Virus record (IMG/VR): IMGVR_UViG_3300044606_000249
Span: 1 to 50,360 of that record
Reading direction: 5' to 3' (one strand)
DNA: 50,360 nucleotides
Source: a virus
Lineage: Duplodnaviria > Caudoviricetes
A program made the translations under genes and the position numbers. Below the pieces are notes generated by a model that was not told the DNA's origin, did no database searches, and saw nothing but the letters and a program-made list of their open reading frames with translations. The first letter of the stretch is position 1; each line of letters starts with the position of its first letter. Below are positions 8,983 to 16,087 of this stretch, piece by piece.

Positions 8983-9074
8983 TCGTCGTCTTCCTCCAGT
9001 CGGTTCAGGCCCGTTATGCGGGCGGCGATGAGGCCGGCAGCAATCCATGCGAGTGCTACGGCCAGGGCGGTCAT
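8979..9074 (-). CDS. 31-aa membrane peptide (not in the ORF track)
   Basis: Translated by hand: MTALAVALAWIAAGLIAARITGLNRLEEDDE. ATGA overlaps at both ends. Confidence 0.55.
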   Translation of the reverse strand: MTALAVALAWIAAGLIAARITGLNRLEEDDE

Positions 9075-9241
9075 GCCCGGTGTGCCTTGGGCAAGACCCG
9101 GCAGGCCACCTCGAAGGGCACGCCGGCGGCGTCCATTAGTTCGCCGGCGCGGCGCACGGTGATCTGGTCGGACTCGACCATCCAGGCCAGCAAGTCGACG
9201 AAGGTGCGCATCAGGCGGTTGGTGCGGCGGGTGGCGGTCAT
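9071..9241 (-). CDS. Hypothetical phage protein (56 aa)
   Basis: Starts MTATRRTNRLMRTF and tiles the operon. Confidence 0.55.
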   Translation of the reverse strand: MTATRRTNRLMRTFVDLLAWMVESDQITVRRAGELMDAAGVPFEVACRVLPKAHRA

Positions 9242-9249
9242 GGCGGGCC

Positions 9250-9456
9250 TCACGTCAGCAGCAGGTGTTCGAAGGCTTGCTTGCCGTGGTCTGCGGCGCC
9301 GCTGTCGGCGGCGATGGCGGCGTTGGTCAGGGCCTTGGCGAGTGCGCGCAGTTGGTCGGGGCGCAGCTCGGCGCCTTCGCCGGGCAGGTTGTGCACCACC
9401 ACCAGGGGCTTGCCGTGGCGGCAGCGGGTTTGGGTGACGATGAGGGACTTGTCCAT
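9250..9456 (-). CDS. Hypothetical phage protein
   Basis: Starts MDKSLIVTQTRC after a GAGGAG RBS. Confidence 0.65.
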   Translation of the reverse strand: MDKSLIVTQTRCRHGKPLVVVHNLPGEGAELRPDQLRALAKALTNAAIAADSGAADHGKQAFEHLLLT

Positions 9457-9468
9457 GGCTTAGGCTCC

Positions 9469-10185
9469 TCAAGCGTGCATCAGCGACCCGGCCACACTCA
9501 GCGCGGCGCGGCTGCATTCGGTGCGGCAGCGGGTGTTGCCCTGGGCGCCGCGGGCCTCGATGCGCTCGGCGGCAAGAATCTCGGCCAGGCCAACGGCGAA
9601 CAGCTGTTTCAGGGGGAGAACGTCGCGGATGCTGGCGCGAGGCTTCAGGCCGCGAAGCTGGCGGATCTCTTCGGCTTTGCCGCCCACGATGGGCTTGTAG
9701 ATCTCGTTGGTGCAGTCGCCGTAGCCGCGCCCCTCGACGCCGTGCGCTTGCAGCGTGGCGGTGAAGCGGTTGCGGGCGACTTTGCCCTGCATGCGGGTGG
9801 CCAGCCACGCCTGGTCTTCGTGCGAGGCGCGGTCGGCGATCTCGGCGGCCAGGGTGACGTCGCCGCTGGCTACGCGCTCCTCAAGCTCGATCAGTGCGCG
9901 GCGGATGGCGCGGCCTTGGTCGGTGCGCTCAACCATCGCCAGCTCTTTGGCGGTGGTCAGCGTCAGCAGGTAGTCCTTGCGAGGGCGGCCTGTTTTTCCC
10001 GGGGTTTTACTGGAAATTGAGTAAAAGTCCCGGCCGTCTTCGAACTCATACTCGCGGATGCGCGCAGCGATCCAGTCGTTGAAGCGGGTGCCGTTGTCGA
10101 GTCGCTTGTGCAGCTCGCGTGCATCGATGCCGTGGCGGTCGGCGCCGGCCTGGGTGATCGTGCGGAAGGTGAGGGTCGGGTGCAT
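9469..10185 (-). CDS. ant: AntA/AntB-family antirepressor
   Basis: N-terminal IDARELHKRL...TRFNDWI..RI.EYEF.DG.DF...GRP.KDYLLT...AKELAMVERT (AntA). First gene after PL. Confidence 0.85.
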   Translation of the reverse strand: MHPTLTFRTITQAGADRHGIDARELHKRLDNGTRFNDWIAARIREYEFEDGRDFYSISSKTPGKTGRPRKDYLLTLTTAKELAMVERTDQGRAIRRALIELEERVASGDVTLAAEIADRASHEDQAWLATRMQGKVARNRFTATLQAHGVEGRGYGDCTNEIYKPIVGGKAEEIRQLRGLKPRASIRDVLPLKQLFAVGLAEILAAERIEARGAQGNTRCRTECSRAALSVAGSLMHA

Positions 10186-10214
10186 CGCTGTCTCCAAAAC
10201 GAGTGCTTGGAAAC

Positions 10215-10256
10215 AAGATACACGGATACGTGTGATCTGACAACACGAAAATGAGT
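10215..10256 (-). promoter_or_regulatory. PL promoter with OL operators
   Basis: -35 TTGTCA (10243-10238), 17-nt spacer, -10 TATCTT (10220-10215). Operator ACACG-GATA-CGTGT at 10220-10233 and degenerate copy ACACG-AAAA-TGAGT at 10243-10256. Confidence 0.8.
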
Positions 10257-10316
10257 ATTTCGGTAAGGGCCTATCCCGCCCTGCCTCAGGAAGCAGAGCC
10301 GCCAAAAGGCATGCGC

Positions 10317-10345
10317 ATAAAAAAGCCCGCTCATGGCGGGCTTGG
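10317..10345 (-). terminator. Rho-independent terminator; identical 29-bp copy at 12036-12064
   Basis: AAGCCCGC-TCATG-GCGGGCTT hairpin followed by a T6 run on the minus strand. Confidence 0.85.
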
Positions 10346-10366
10346 CAGGGAACAGGTTAGGGCAGG

Positions 10367-12001
10367 TCAGACCGTAAGGTCTTCTTCAAGCTCGACTGTG
10401 GGTTCGTATTCAAGCTGGTGCTCGGTCCATTCCTGCGCGATGGCGGGGTTCTCGCGAATCTGCTGTTCGATGCGCAAGGTCTCCCGGTAGGCGTGCGCTT
10501 CGGCAGTCATTGTCCAGTGCGCGGCCAGGCCCATGGCTTCAACCTCGCGTCGAATGTCTGCCAGGCTGACCTTGAAGAACTCCTTTCGCGGATTCACCTT
10601 GTTCATCTGCTGCTGAAGGAAGCGGCGGTGCAGGGTGCGCTCAAGGCCGGGGGCGTCTTCGCTATACAACATGGCGTGGATGTCGAATTCGAAGGGCACG
10701 CTGGCGTCGCCCAACTCGCGCACGCGGTCCTTGGGTTCGAGGCGGCGTGTCATGCCGATCTTGAACACTTCTTCACCAAACGAGCCGATGTTCGAGATGA
10801 TGTAGACGTGGCCGGTGCGGGTCTGCTGCGCCATGGACAGGGCGCGTTGGTTCTTCTCCTCGGCCGCGACCAGGCGGTCTTGAAGCTCGGCGAGCTTGGC
10901 CTCGTATTCGGCACGCTGGGCCTCATTGGCTGTTGCAACTTGCTGCTGCACCTTCTCCATGGCCTTGCGGATCATCTCCTCTTCCTTGGCGGCTTCCTTC
11001 ATCGCGCGTTCGTATTCGCGCCGCGCCTTTTCCTCTTCGCGGATCTGCTCGCGGATCTGGCGTTGCTCCTCGCGTTCCTGCTCCTTGAGGGCGCGGGCGA
11101 CCGCTGCCCACTTCAACTCAGCCAGCCGAGCGTCGAGGTAGTCAGTTGTGATCTTAGCGTCCCGAAACGCGCGGCCGCTGTGGTTCACAAGCGCGAAGGC
11201 GTCTCGAATCTCTTGAGCCAGCATGCCATAGTTGTCGCTCTTGCCTCGGGCTAGGATGGTGTCGACCTTTCCGTTGAAGGCGTCGATGACGAAGTTGATA
11301 GCGATCTGTCGGCGCGTGTCTTCAACATAACCGCACGTCGCTGCCCGGCCGGCGCGGATTAGTGCGCGCGTGGTGTCGCGTGCTTGCTTCAGTGATGCGC
11401 CGGCCTCCGTGTGGCCGAAATCGTCTGCAAGCTCGTCGAGCAGGCTGTAGGTGGGGATGATGTACTGATCACCGTATCCCTTGATCACGTTCTGCATTGC
11501 AGTTGCGGCGTCCGCGAACTCGTCTGCGCGATTCTTGATGGCGTACGCCTCGCCGGCGATCTCTTCAGCACGGCGCTTTGCCGCATCGATGATTCTGCCT
11601 GCTTCGGCCGCGGCGGCCTCGAGCTTCGCCTCAGCCTGTGCATGCCTATCTGCTGCTGCTTGGTTGATGCTCTTGCGTTGGGCGTTGGCTTCGTCGATCA
11701 CCCTGCGCGCTTCGGCTTGTGCGTCAGCGATCTGGCGGAACTGGGAGAGCAGGGCGACTTCTGCCTCGAGCTGAGTGTTGCGGGCATCCAGCCCCATAGC
11801 TCGATCTGCCAAGCGTTTATTGTCAGCACTGAGGTTGGCGTTCTCTTCCCGACTTTGATCCAGATCTTGCTGCGCTTGGGCAAGTTTCCATTGAAGCTCT
11901 GCCGCCTTCTTTTCACGCTCTGCGGCGGTCTGCTCAGCTGCTCGCTTCAGCACCCAAAGAGCGATCGCAGCGACGAGCGCGATGATGAACAGGATCTCCA
12001 T
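10367..12001 (-). CDS. TM + coiled-coil + DUF4041 + T5orf172/MUG113 GIY-YIG nuclease; PD-lambda-1/SNIPE-like anti-phage protein
   Basis: N-terminal TM MEILFIIALVAAIALWVL. DUF4041-like AFNGKVD...YLDARLAEL. C-terminal GHVYIISNIGSFGEEVFKIGMTRRLEP..RV.ELGDASVPF.FDIHA...LE..LH...VN.RKEFF. Confidence 0.88.
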   Translation of the reverse strand: MEILFIIALVAAIALWVLKRAAEQTAAEREKKAAELQWKLAQAQQDLDQSREENANLSADNKRLADRAMGLDARNTQLEAEVALLSQFRQIADAQAEARRVIDEANAQRKSINQAAADRHAQAEAKLEAAAAEAGRIIDAAKRRAEEIAGEAYAIKNRADEFADAATAMQNVIKGYGDQYIIPTYSLLDELADDFGHTEAGASLKQARDTTRALIRAGRAATCGYVEDTRRQIAINFVIDAFNGKVDTILARGKSDNYGMLAQEIRDAFALVNHSGRAFRDAKITTDYLDARLAELKWAAVARALKEQEREEQRQIREQIREEEKARREYERAMKEAAKEEEMIRKAMEKVQQQVATANEAQRAEYEAKLAELQDRLVAAEEKNQRALSMAQQTRTGHVYIISNIGSFGEEVFKIGMTRRLEPKDRVRELGDASVPFEFDIHAMLYSEDAPGLERTLHRRFLQQQMNKVNPRKEFFKVSLADIRREVEAMGLAAHWTMTAEAHAYRETLRIEQQIRENPAIAQEWTEHQLEYEPTVELEEDLTV

Positions 12002-12035
12002 TGCATTCCCTTGTGATATGGCAAAGCAATGGTAA

Positions 12036-12064
12036 ATAAAAAAGCCCGCTCATGGCGGGCTTGG
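12036..12064 (-). terminator. Rho-independent terminator, identical to 10317-10345
   Basis: ATAAAAAAGCCCGCTCATGGCGGGCTTGG. Confidence 0.85.
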
Positions 12065-12072
12065 GTTAAGGC

Positions 12073-12573
12073 TTAGTTTGCGTCAGGTGTCGGTTTGGGC
12101 GCTGCCATGTAGTGCCGGGTGATGTCGGACATGAAACGCTCCGTTCCCACTGCTTGTACCCACAGCACGATCAGCGCGCCCAGTGCGATGACTGAGGTGA
12201 TCAAGGCAGCGATCACATTGTCCAGAATGCCGCGCCACCACCTGGGGCGGATCTGGCGGACAAACGTGGACTTGAGTAATTCCTGCTCAGATACGCGAAT
12301 GCGTTCGGCAAGCACAGCCTCGCAGAACTCATCGAGATAGCGCTCGGCCTTGTCTCGATAGTCCTCAAGCTGGCCGGGGAGGTTCGCTGCACGATGGAAT
12401 TCGCGCAGGTCTTCGCTGGATGGGTTCTTTTGCTTCTCGGCTTCCAACTTCCGGATGTACTCGATCTTGCGCGCCTTATAGATCGAGTAGGCGATGGCTC
12501 CGACGATGTCGGATTCGTTCTCGACCAGTTCTTTGTAGGCCCAGCTGTAGCCCTCGTACGGATTGTCAGGCAT
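12073..12573 (-). CDS. Hypothetical 166-aa protein with C-terminal transmembrane helix
   Basis: Helical N-domain (YKELVENESDIVGAIAYSIYK...). TM segment NVIAALITSVIALGALIVLWV preceded by RPRWWRG. Start overlaps the upstream stop. Confidence 0.8.
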   Translation of the reverse strand: MPDNPYEGYSWAYKELVENESDIVGAIAYSIYKARKIEYIRKLEAEKQKNPSSEDLREFHRAANLPGQLEDYRDKAERYLDEFCEAVLAERIRVSEQELLKSTFVRQIRPRWWRGILDNVIAALITSVIALGALIVLWVQAVGTERFMSDITRHYMAAPKPTPDAN

Positions 12574-12760
12574 GCGTCTCGACGGTGCGGCGGGCCTCGG
12601 CATAGGCGCGGTTCATCTCTTCGCGCGAAATCTTCGTCTCGCGGATCACGCTCACCACTCGAAGAGGTAGCCCGGCAAGGTTGGCGGACTGCTTCTCCAC
12701 CATCGCTGCGTTGGCCTTGACCACCATCTCGCGGGTGATCAAGTTGCGCTTTGTATTCAT
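12566..12760 (-). CDS. Hypothetical 64-aa protein
   Basis: AGGGGG RBS. 8-nt overlap with the downstream TM gene. Internal repeat ITREMV..AN / ISREEMNRAY. Confidence 0.7.
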   Translation of the reverse strand: MNTKRNLITREMVVKANAAMVEKQSANLAGLPLRVVSVIRETKISREEMNRAYAEARRTVETHA

Positions 12761-12783
12761 GCTTCCCCCTGTGCCGCTTACGG

Positions 12784-12806
12784 AAAAAGCCGCTCTCGGG
12801 CGGCTT
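12784..12806 (-). terminator. Rho-independent terminator ending the cI-protease-small gene unit
   Basis: On the minus strand, AAGCCGC-CCGAGA-GCGGCTT hairpin whose 3' arm runs into a T5 tract. Confidence 0.75.
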
Positions 12807-12899
12807 AGGTCTGACTGCGCAACTCTATCATCGTTCAGCCGCCATTGTCTTGCTGCGTCCCTCCGATCGCCGTGCCGAGTGTCAGGGCGCGGCTACGAA

Positions 12900-13118
12900 T
12901 CAGCCGTGTTGGGCCTGGATGTGGGGTCGTTCTTCGACTTCGACTGCGAAGCCCTCGAAGCGCTTGGGGCTGTGCGACCTGACGTGCCACAGGTAGCGCG
13001 GCTCGACCCAGACCCGCAGGCTGGGCGGCTGGCTTTCGTGCCACACCAGCACGTTCGCCGCGCCGGCGGGCAGGCGCAGCGTGGCGAGCAGGGCGCGGGC
13101 GGCATCGTGCGGGGTCAT
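12900..13118 (-). CDS. 72-aa protein resembling a stand-alone protease pro-domain
   Basis: ATGA overlap with the protease stop. Sequence MTPHDAARALL...SLRVWVEP...SPKRFEGFAVEVEERP. Confidence 0.7.
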   Translation of the reverse strand: MTPHDAARALLATLRLPAGAANVLVWHESQPPSLRVWVEPRYLWHVRSHSPKRFEGFAVEVEERPHIQAQHG

Positions 13119-14335
13119 GGATAGTGGCCGGAAACCAGGGTCATCTGAAGCGCTTCCAGTATAGGCGCAATCGGCAGGATCAGAGAATAACCGCTCGAGG
13201 TGCCGGCCACGACCAGTCCCACCGCGCACGGCTCGCCGGCTTCGTTGCGGCTCACCACCAGCGAGCCCGAGTCGCCGGCCTGCGAGAATGGCGCGCCATT
13301 CTCCCCAAACACCATCATCACGTTGTTGAAGTACACCGTGGCATTGCCACCGACAGCGGCCACTTGGTAGCCAATGGGCTGCGGTGCCGGCGATTCGCCG
13401 ATGATGCGACCTGTGGTGTATCCGGTTGTCCGGCCTACCTTTTCGACCTGCATGCCGCCTACGGGGATGCTGACGGCGGACGGGGTGTCGTAGTAGCCGC
13501 CCTGCGACGATGACACGCGCTCGGGGTCGCGGATCAGGAACACTGCGGCGTCCGAGTTCTGCGAGATGTTCACGTTGGCAGGGCTGCCGTGGACCATGGG
13601 CAGGCCGCGATGATGCACGCCAATGGTGAAGGGGTCACATCCGGCGGGCGTGATGTCCATGTGCCCGGGCGCGAGGATCTTTTCGCCTCCTTCCGCATAG
13701 TTAGACAGCCCGCTCACGTGGTTGGCCGATAGGCCATACATTTGGCCCGCGGCATCGCGCACCAGGCAGCCCAGCGTGCCGGCGCCGGGGAAGCGCGCGG
13801 GGTGGACGGAGCTGCCGCAGGTGTAACGATCGTGGATCAGTCGATAGCTCGCCTGGTCGGCTGGCTGACGGTTGTCGCCGGCGCTGGCCTGGCCGTAGTA
13901 GAGATACTTGATGGCATTGCCGCCTTGCCAGCTCGGCATGTTCTTCAGTGCGCGCACGCCGATTCGTTTTCGGGTGAGCACGTAGACGCAGTGCTCGGGC
14001 TCGTTGAACAGCACGCCCGCGACTTGCTTGTTGCGCAAGGTGTACAGCGTGTCGCCCTGAGCGGGGAACAGCGTCCCATCCTCGGGCGCCGCCGCCTGCG
14101 CGCCGTGGCTGGTGACGGTGAGCGGGTCGAGCATGTGGTGCTGTTCTGCCCAGGCCAACAGGCTCTCGGCCACCTCGCGGGCGCTGCGGCGGGCGCTGGT
14201 GGCGTGGGTAGAGGCGTGCTCGGCGGCGGCCGTGAGGTTGGCGGTGTCAGCTTCTGCCGCCGGCAGTTCTGATGCGGCCGGGGTGATCTCGTCGTCAAGG
14301 TCGAGGCGGTCTGCTTGGTCGGGCGTGGTCGTCAT
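13115..14335 (-). CDS. Trypsin-like (S1/PA clan, Nal1-like) serine protease with no signal peptide
   Basis: GTLGCLV, His in SANHV, Asp in SDAAV, VEKVGRTTGYTTG, Ser in FSQAGDSGSLVV. Start is 5 nt after the cI stop. Confidence 0.88.
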   Translation of the reverse strand: MTTTPDQADRLDLDDEITPAASELPAAEADTANLTAAAEHASTHATSARRSAREVAESLLAWAEQHHMLDPLTVTSHGAQAAAPEDGTLFPAQGDTLYTLRNKQVAGVLFNEPEHCVYVLTRKRIGVRALKNMPSWQGGNAIKYLYYGQASAGDNRQPADQASYRLIHDRYTCGSSVHPARFPGAGTLGCLVRDAAGQMYGLSANHVSGLSNYAEGGEKILAPGHMDITPAGCDPFTIGVHHRGLPMVHGSPANVNISQNSDAAVFLIRDPERVSSSQGGYYDTPSAVSIPVGGMQVEKVGRTTGYTTGRIIGESPAPQPIGYQVAAVGGNATVYFNNVMMVFGENGAPFSQAGDSGSLVVSRNEAGEPCAVGLVVAGTSSGYSLILPIAPILEALQMTLVSGHYP

Positions 14336-14340
14336 GGTGG

Positions 14341-14739
14341 TCAACGCGGTTGGGCAAGTGCATCGAGCAGCACGACGACGGCGTCGCGCGTGCCTTGTGT
14401 GACGTGCGGGGCGGTGTCGAGCCGCATTGCGGCTGCGACGAGCGGGCTGGGCGCCTGTGGGGGTCGAGCGCCGATTGCGCCCTGCGCGTGCGCGTCGCCC
14501 ATCGGCGGCAGTGAGGCTGATGCGGGCTGGGCGACGGGATCGCCTTGCGCCATGGCAAGCCATTCCGGTCGCACGCCGCAAGCGATGGCGAGCTGAACGA
14601 CTTGCGGAGTTTCGTCCTGCACGCCCTGTTCAAGGCGACTGATGATCTGCTGCCTGACGCCTGAGCGTGCCTCAAGCTCTTTTTGAGAGATCTTGGCAAT
14701 TTCCTTGCGGGCGAAACGCAGTCTTTCACTGAAGTTCAT
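14341..14739 (-). CDS. cI: CI-like XRE/HTH repressor lacking the S24 peptidase domain
   Basis: ERLRFARKE...SQKELEARSGVRQQIISRLEQG...LAIACGVRPEWL. Divergent from cro. Only 132 aa. Confidence 0.88.
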   Translation of the reverse strand: MNFSERLRFARKEIAKISQKELEARSGVRQQIISRLEQGVQDETPQVVQLAIACGVRPEWLAMAQGDPVAQPASASLPPMGDAHAQGAIGARPPQAPSPLVAAAMRLDTAPHVTQGTRDAVVVLLDALAQPR

Positions 14740-14745
14740 GACGTG

Positions 14746-14816
14746 AAATTACACGGATCGAAGTAGCTCGCCAAACACGGTAACGTGTTGCCTGAATACA
14801 CAGATGCGTGTATTGT
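14746..14816. promoter_or_regulatory. OR region: three operators, PR (+) and PRM (-)
   Basis: Operators ACACG-N4-CGTGT at 14775-14788 (perfect), 14798-14811 and 14751-14764 (degenerate). PR: TTGCCT-17-TATTGT (14788-14816). PRM: TTGGCG-17-TAATTT (14774-14746), ending 6 nt before the cI ATG, implying a leaderless mRNA. Confidence 0.8.
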
Positions 14817-14837
14817 GTTTGCAAGGAGATTGCCTAC

Positions 14838-15086
14838 ATGAATACCGCCCTTCAGAAAGCCGTCGAGGTTGTCGGCAGCCAGGTTGCCTTGGCTGCCGCC
14901 TTGGGCGTTCGCCAGGGGCACGTCTGGAAGTGGCTCAACACCGCGGTCGAGGGCGTGCCGGCCAAGTACTGCCCGTCCATCGAGCGCGTCACCGGCGGAA
15001 AGGTCCGCTGTGAAGAGCTTCGCCCGGATGTTGACTGGGCTTACCTGCGCGGCACCTGCAGTGCTGAACACCACGAGGCCGCCTGA
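14838..15086 (+). CDS. cro: Cro-like (YdaS family) regulator
   Basis: ALQKAVEVVGSQVALAAALGVRQGHVWKW...IERVTGGKVRCEELRPDVDW. AGGAG RBS. Confidence 0.9.
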   Translation: MNTALQKAVEVVGSQVALAAALGVRQGHVWKWLNTAVEGVPAKYCPSIERVTGGKVRCEELRPDVDWAYLRGTCSAEHHEAA

Positions 15087-15088
15087 TG

Positions 15089-15466
15089 TCAGTCGATCAG
15101 AACAGCCGTTTCCCCGCCGCAGTCGGTACAGCGAAAGAGCGCTTCCTTGTCGCCGAGCTTGCCGAAGACGGGGTGCGGCCTGCTGCCGGTGCGGGTGATG
15201 TGCAACGACCCACAGTGGTCGCAGCACAGCCCCGTGTGCTGTCCAGACTGCAGCGCGTCGAGCTGCTGCTGAAGTATCCGCGCGCGGGCTTGTGCGTCGA
15301 GCAGGTCCGCCTGCGACTGTGCGTACTTCGCCTGAAGGTCGCGGTGCTGGGCTTCCTGTTCCGCCAGCTTGGCCTTGATGAGCCCAAGGTGCTCGAGAAG
15401 GATCGTTGCGCTGCCGTGCTCGGTGATCAGGCGCTCGATCGGACCGAAAAGCGTATCCAAGATCAT
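15089..15466 (-). CDS. Coiled-coil + Zn-ribbon protein inserted antisense between cro and cII
   Basis: AGGAG RBS. MILDTLFGPIERLITEHGSA..., with CDHC and CTDC motifs. Confidence 0.7.
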   Translation of the reverse strand: MILDTLFGPIERLITEHGSATILLEHLGLIKAKLAEQEAQHRDLQAKYAQSQADLLDAQARARILQQQLDALQSGQHTGLCCDHCGSLHITRTGSRPHPVFGKLGDKEALFRCTDCGGETAVLID

Positions 15467-15573
15467 GGCGTGCTCCTGTGGTGATGAACATGGTGGGTGA
15501 GATCTCCAATTCGATCCGCATGGGGCATGCCGCCCGTTTCCCTGTCTCCCTGCACCTCCTCTCGGGGAAGTTC

Positions 15574-15614
15574 GAGCCGGCTGTGGCGTTGGCTGCGGCC
15601 GGCTCTCCTTTTTT
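15574..15614 (+). terminator. tR1-like terminator between cro and cII
   Basis: 14-bp stem GAGCCGGCTGTGGC/GCTGCGGCCGGCTC (G-U pairs favour the + strand), followed by TCC-T6. Confidence 0.65.
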
Positions 15615-15701
15615 GCAGGGCAAGGCGTTTGGTTTCTGACGGTTACAGCTTGAACCGTGGGACTGATAACCACGGAAAAGCACTGATAGGAGGTGTTATC
15701 A

Positions 15702-16085
15702 ATGAACATCGGTGATTCTCAGATCCAGATGACGCTTGATCTGGACACGCATCTGACCGAGCGCTTCCGCTCGGCCAAAGAGGCGATGGCCGCAGGCATC
15801 TACCGCCGCGGCCTGAAGCGCTGCGCAGCAGACCTGGACGTGGCCCCGGGCAATCTGTCCGTGATGCTCTCGGGTGACGGCCAGCGCCACCTCGATGTCG
15901 ATCTGCTCGAACGCTACGTCGAGCAGACGGGCGACCGCACCCCCATCTATTACCTGGTGGCCAAGCACTGCGGCGACAGCAGCGCTGCACGCGACGAGGC
16001 CGTCGAGCGCGTGCAAGCCATGCTTGCCGAGCTGCCGCAACTGCTCGCCAGTGTGGGCGCCAAGGGCAAGCGGGGAGGGCGCTGA
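15702..16085 (+). CDS. CII-like phage regulatory protein
   Basis: AGGAGG RBS. HTH-like LKRCAADLDVAPGNLSVML. Lies after cro and before the replication genes. Confidence 0.6.
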   Translation: MNIGDSQIQMTLDLDTHLTERFRSAKEAMAAGIYRRGLKRCAADLDVAPGNLSVMLSGDGQRHLDVDLLERYVEQTGDRTPIYYLVAKHCGDSSAARDEAVERVQAMLAELPQLLASVGAKGKRGGR

Positions 16086-16087
16086 CC

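Noticed and set aside
14336-14581. 82-codon N-terminal extension of the protease ORF, or a cI-protease frameshift fusion
   Set aside because: The extension is Arg-rich off-frame sequence overlapping cI, with no slippery site seen. The ATG at 14335 fits coupling better. A fusion is not strictly excluded without Ribo-seq.
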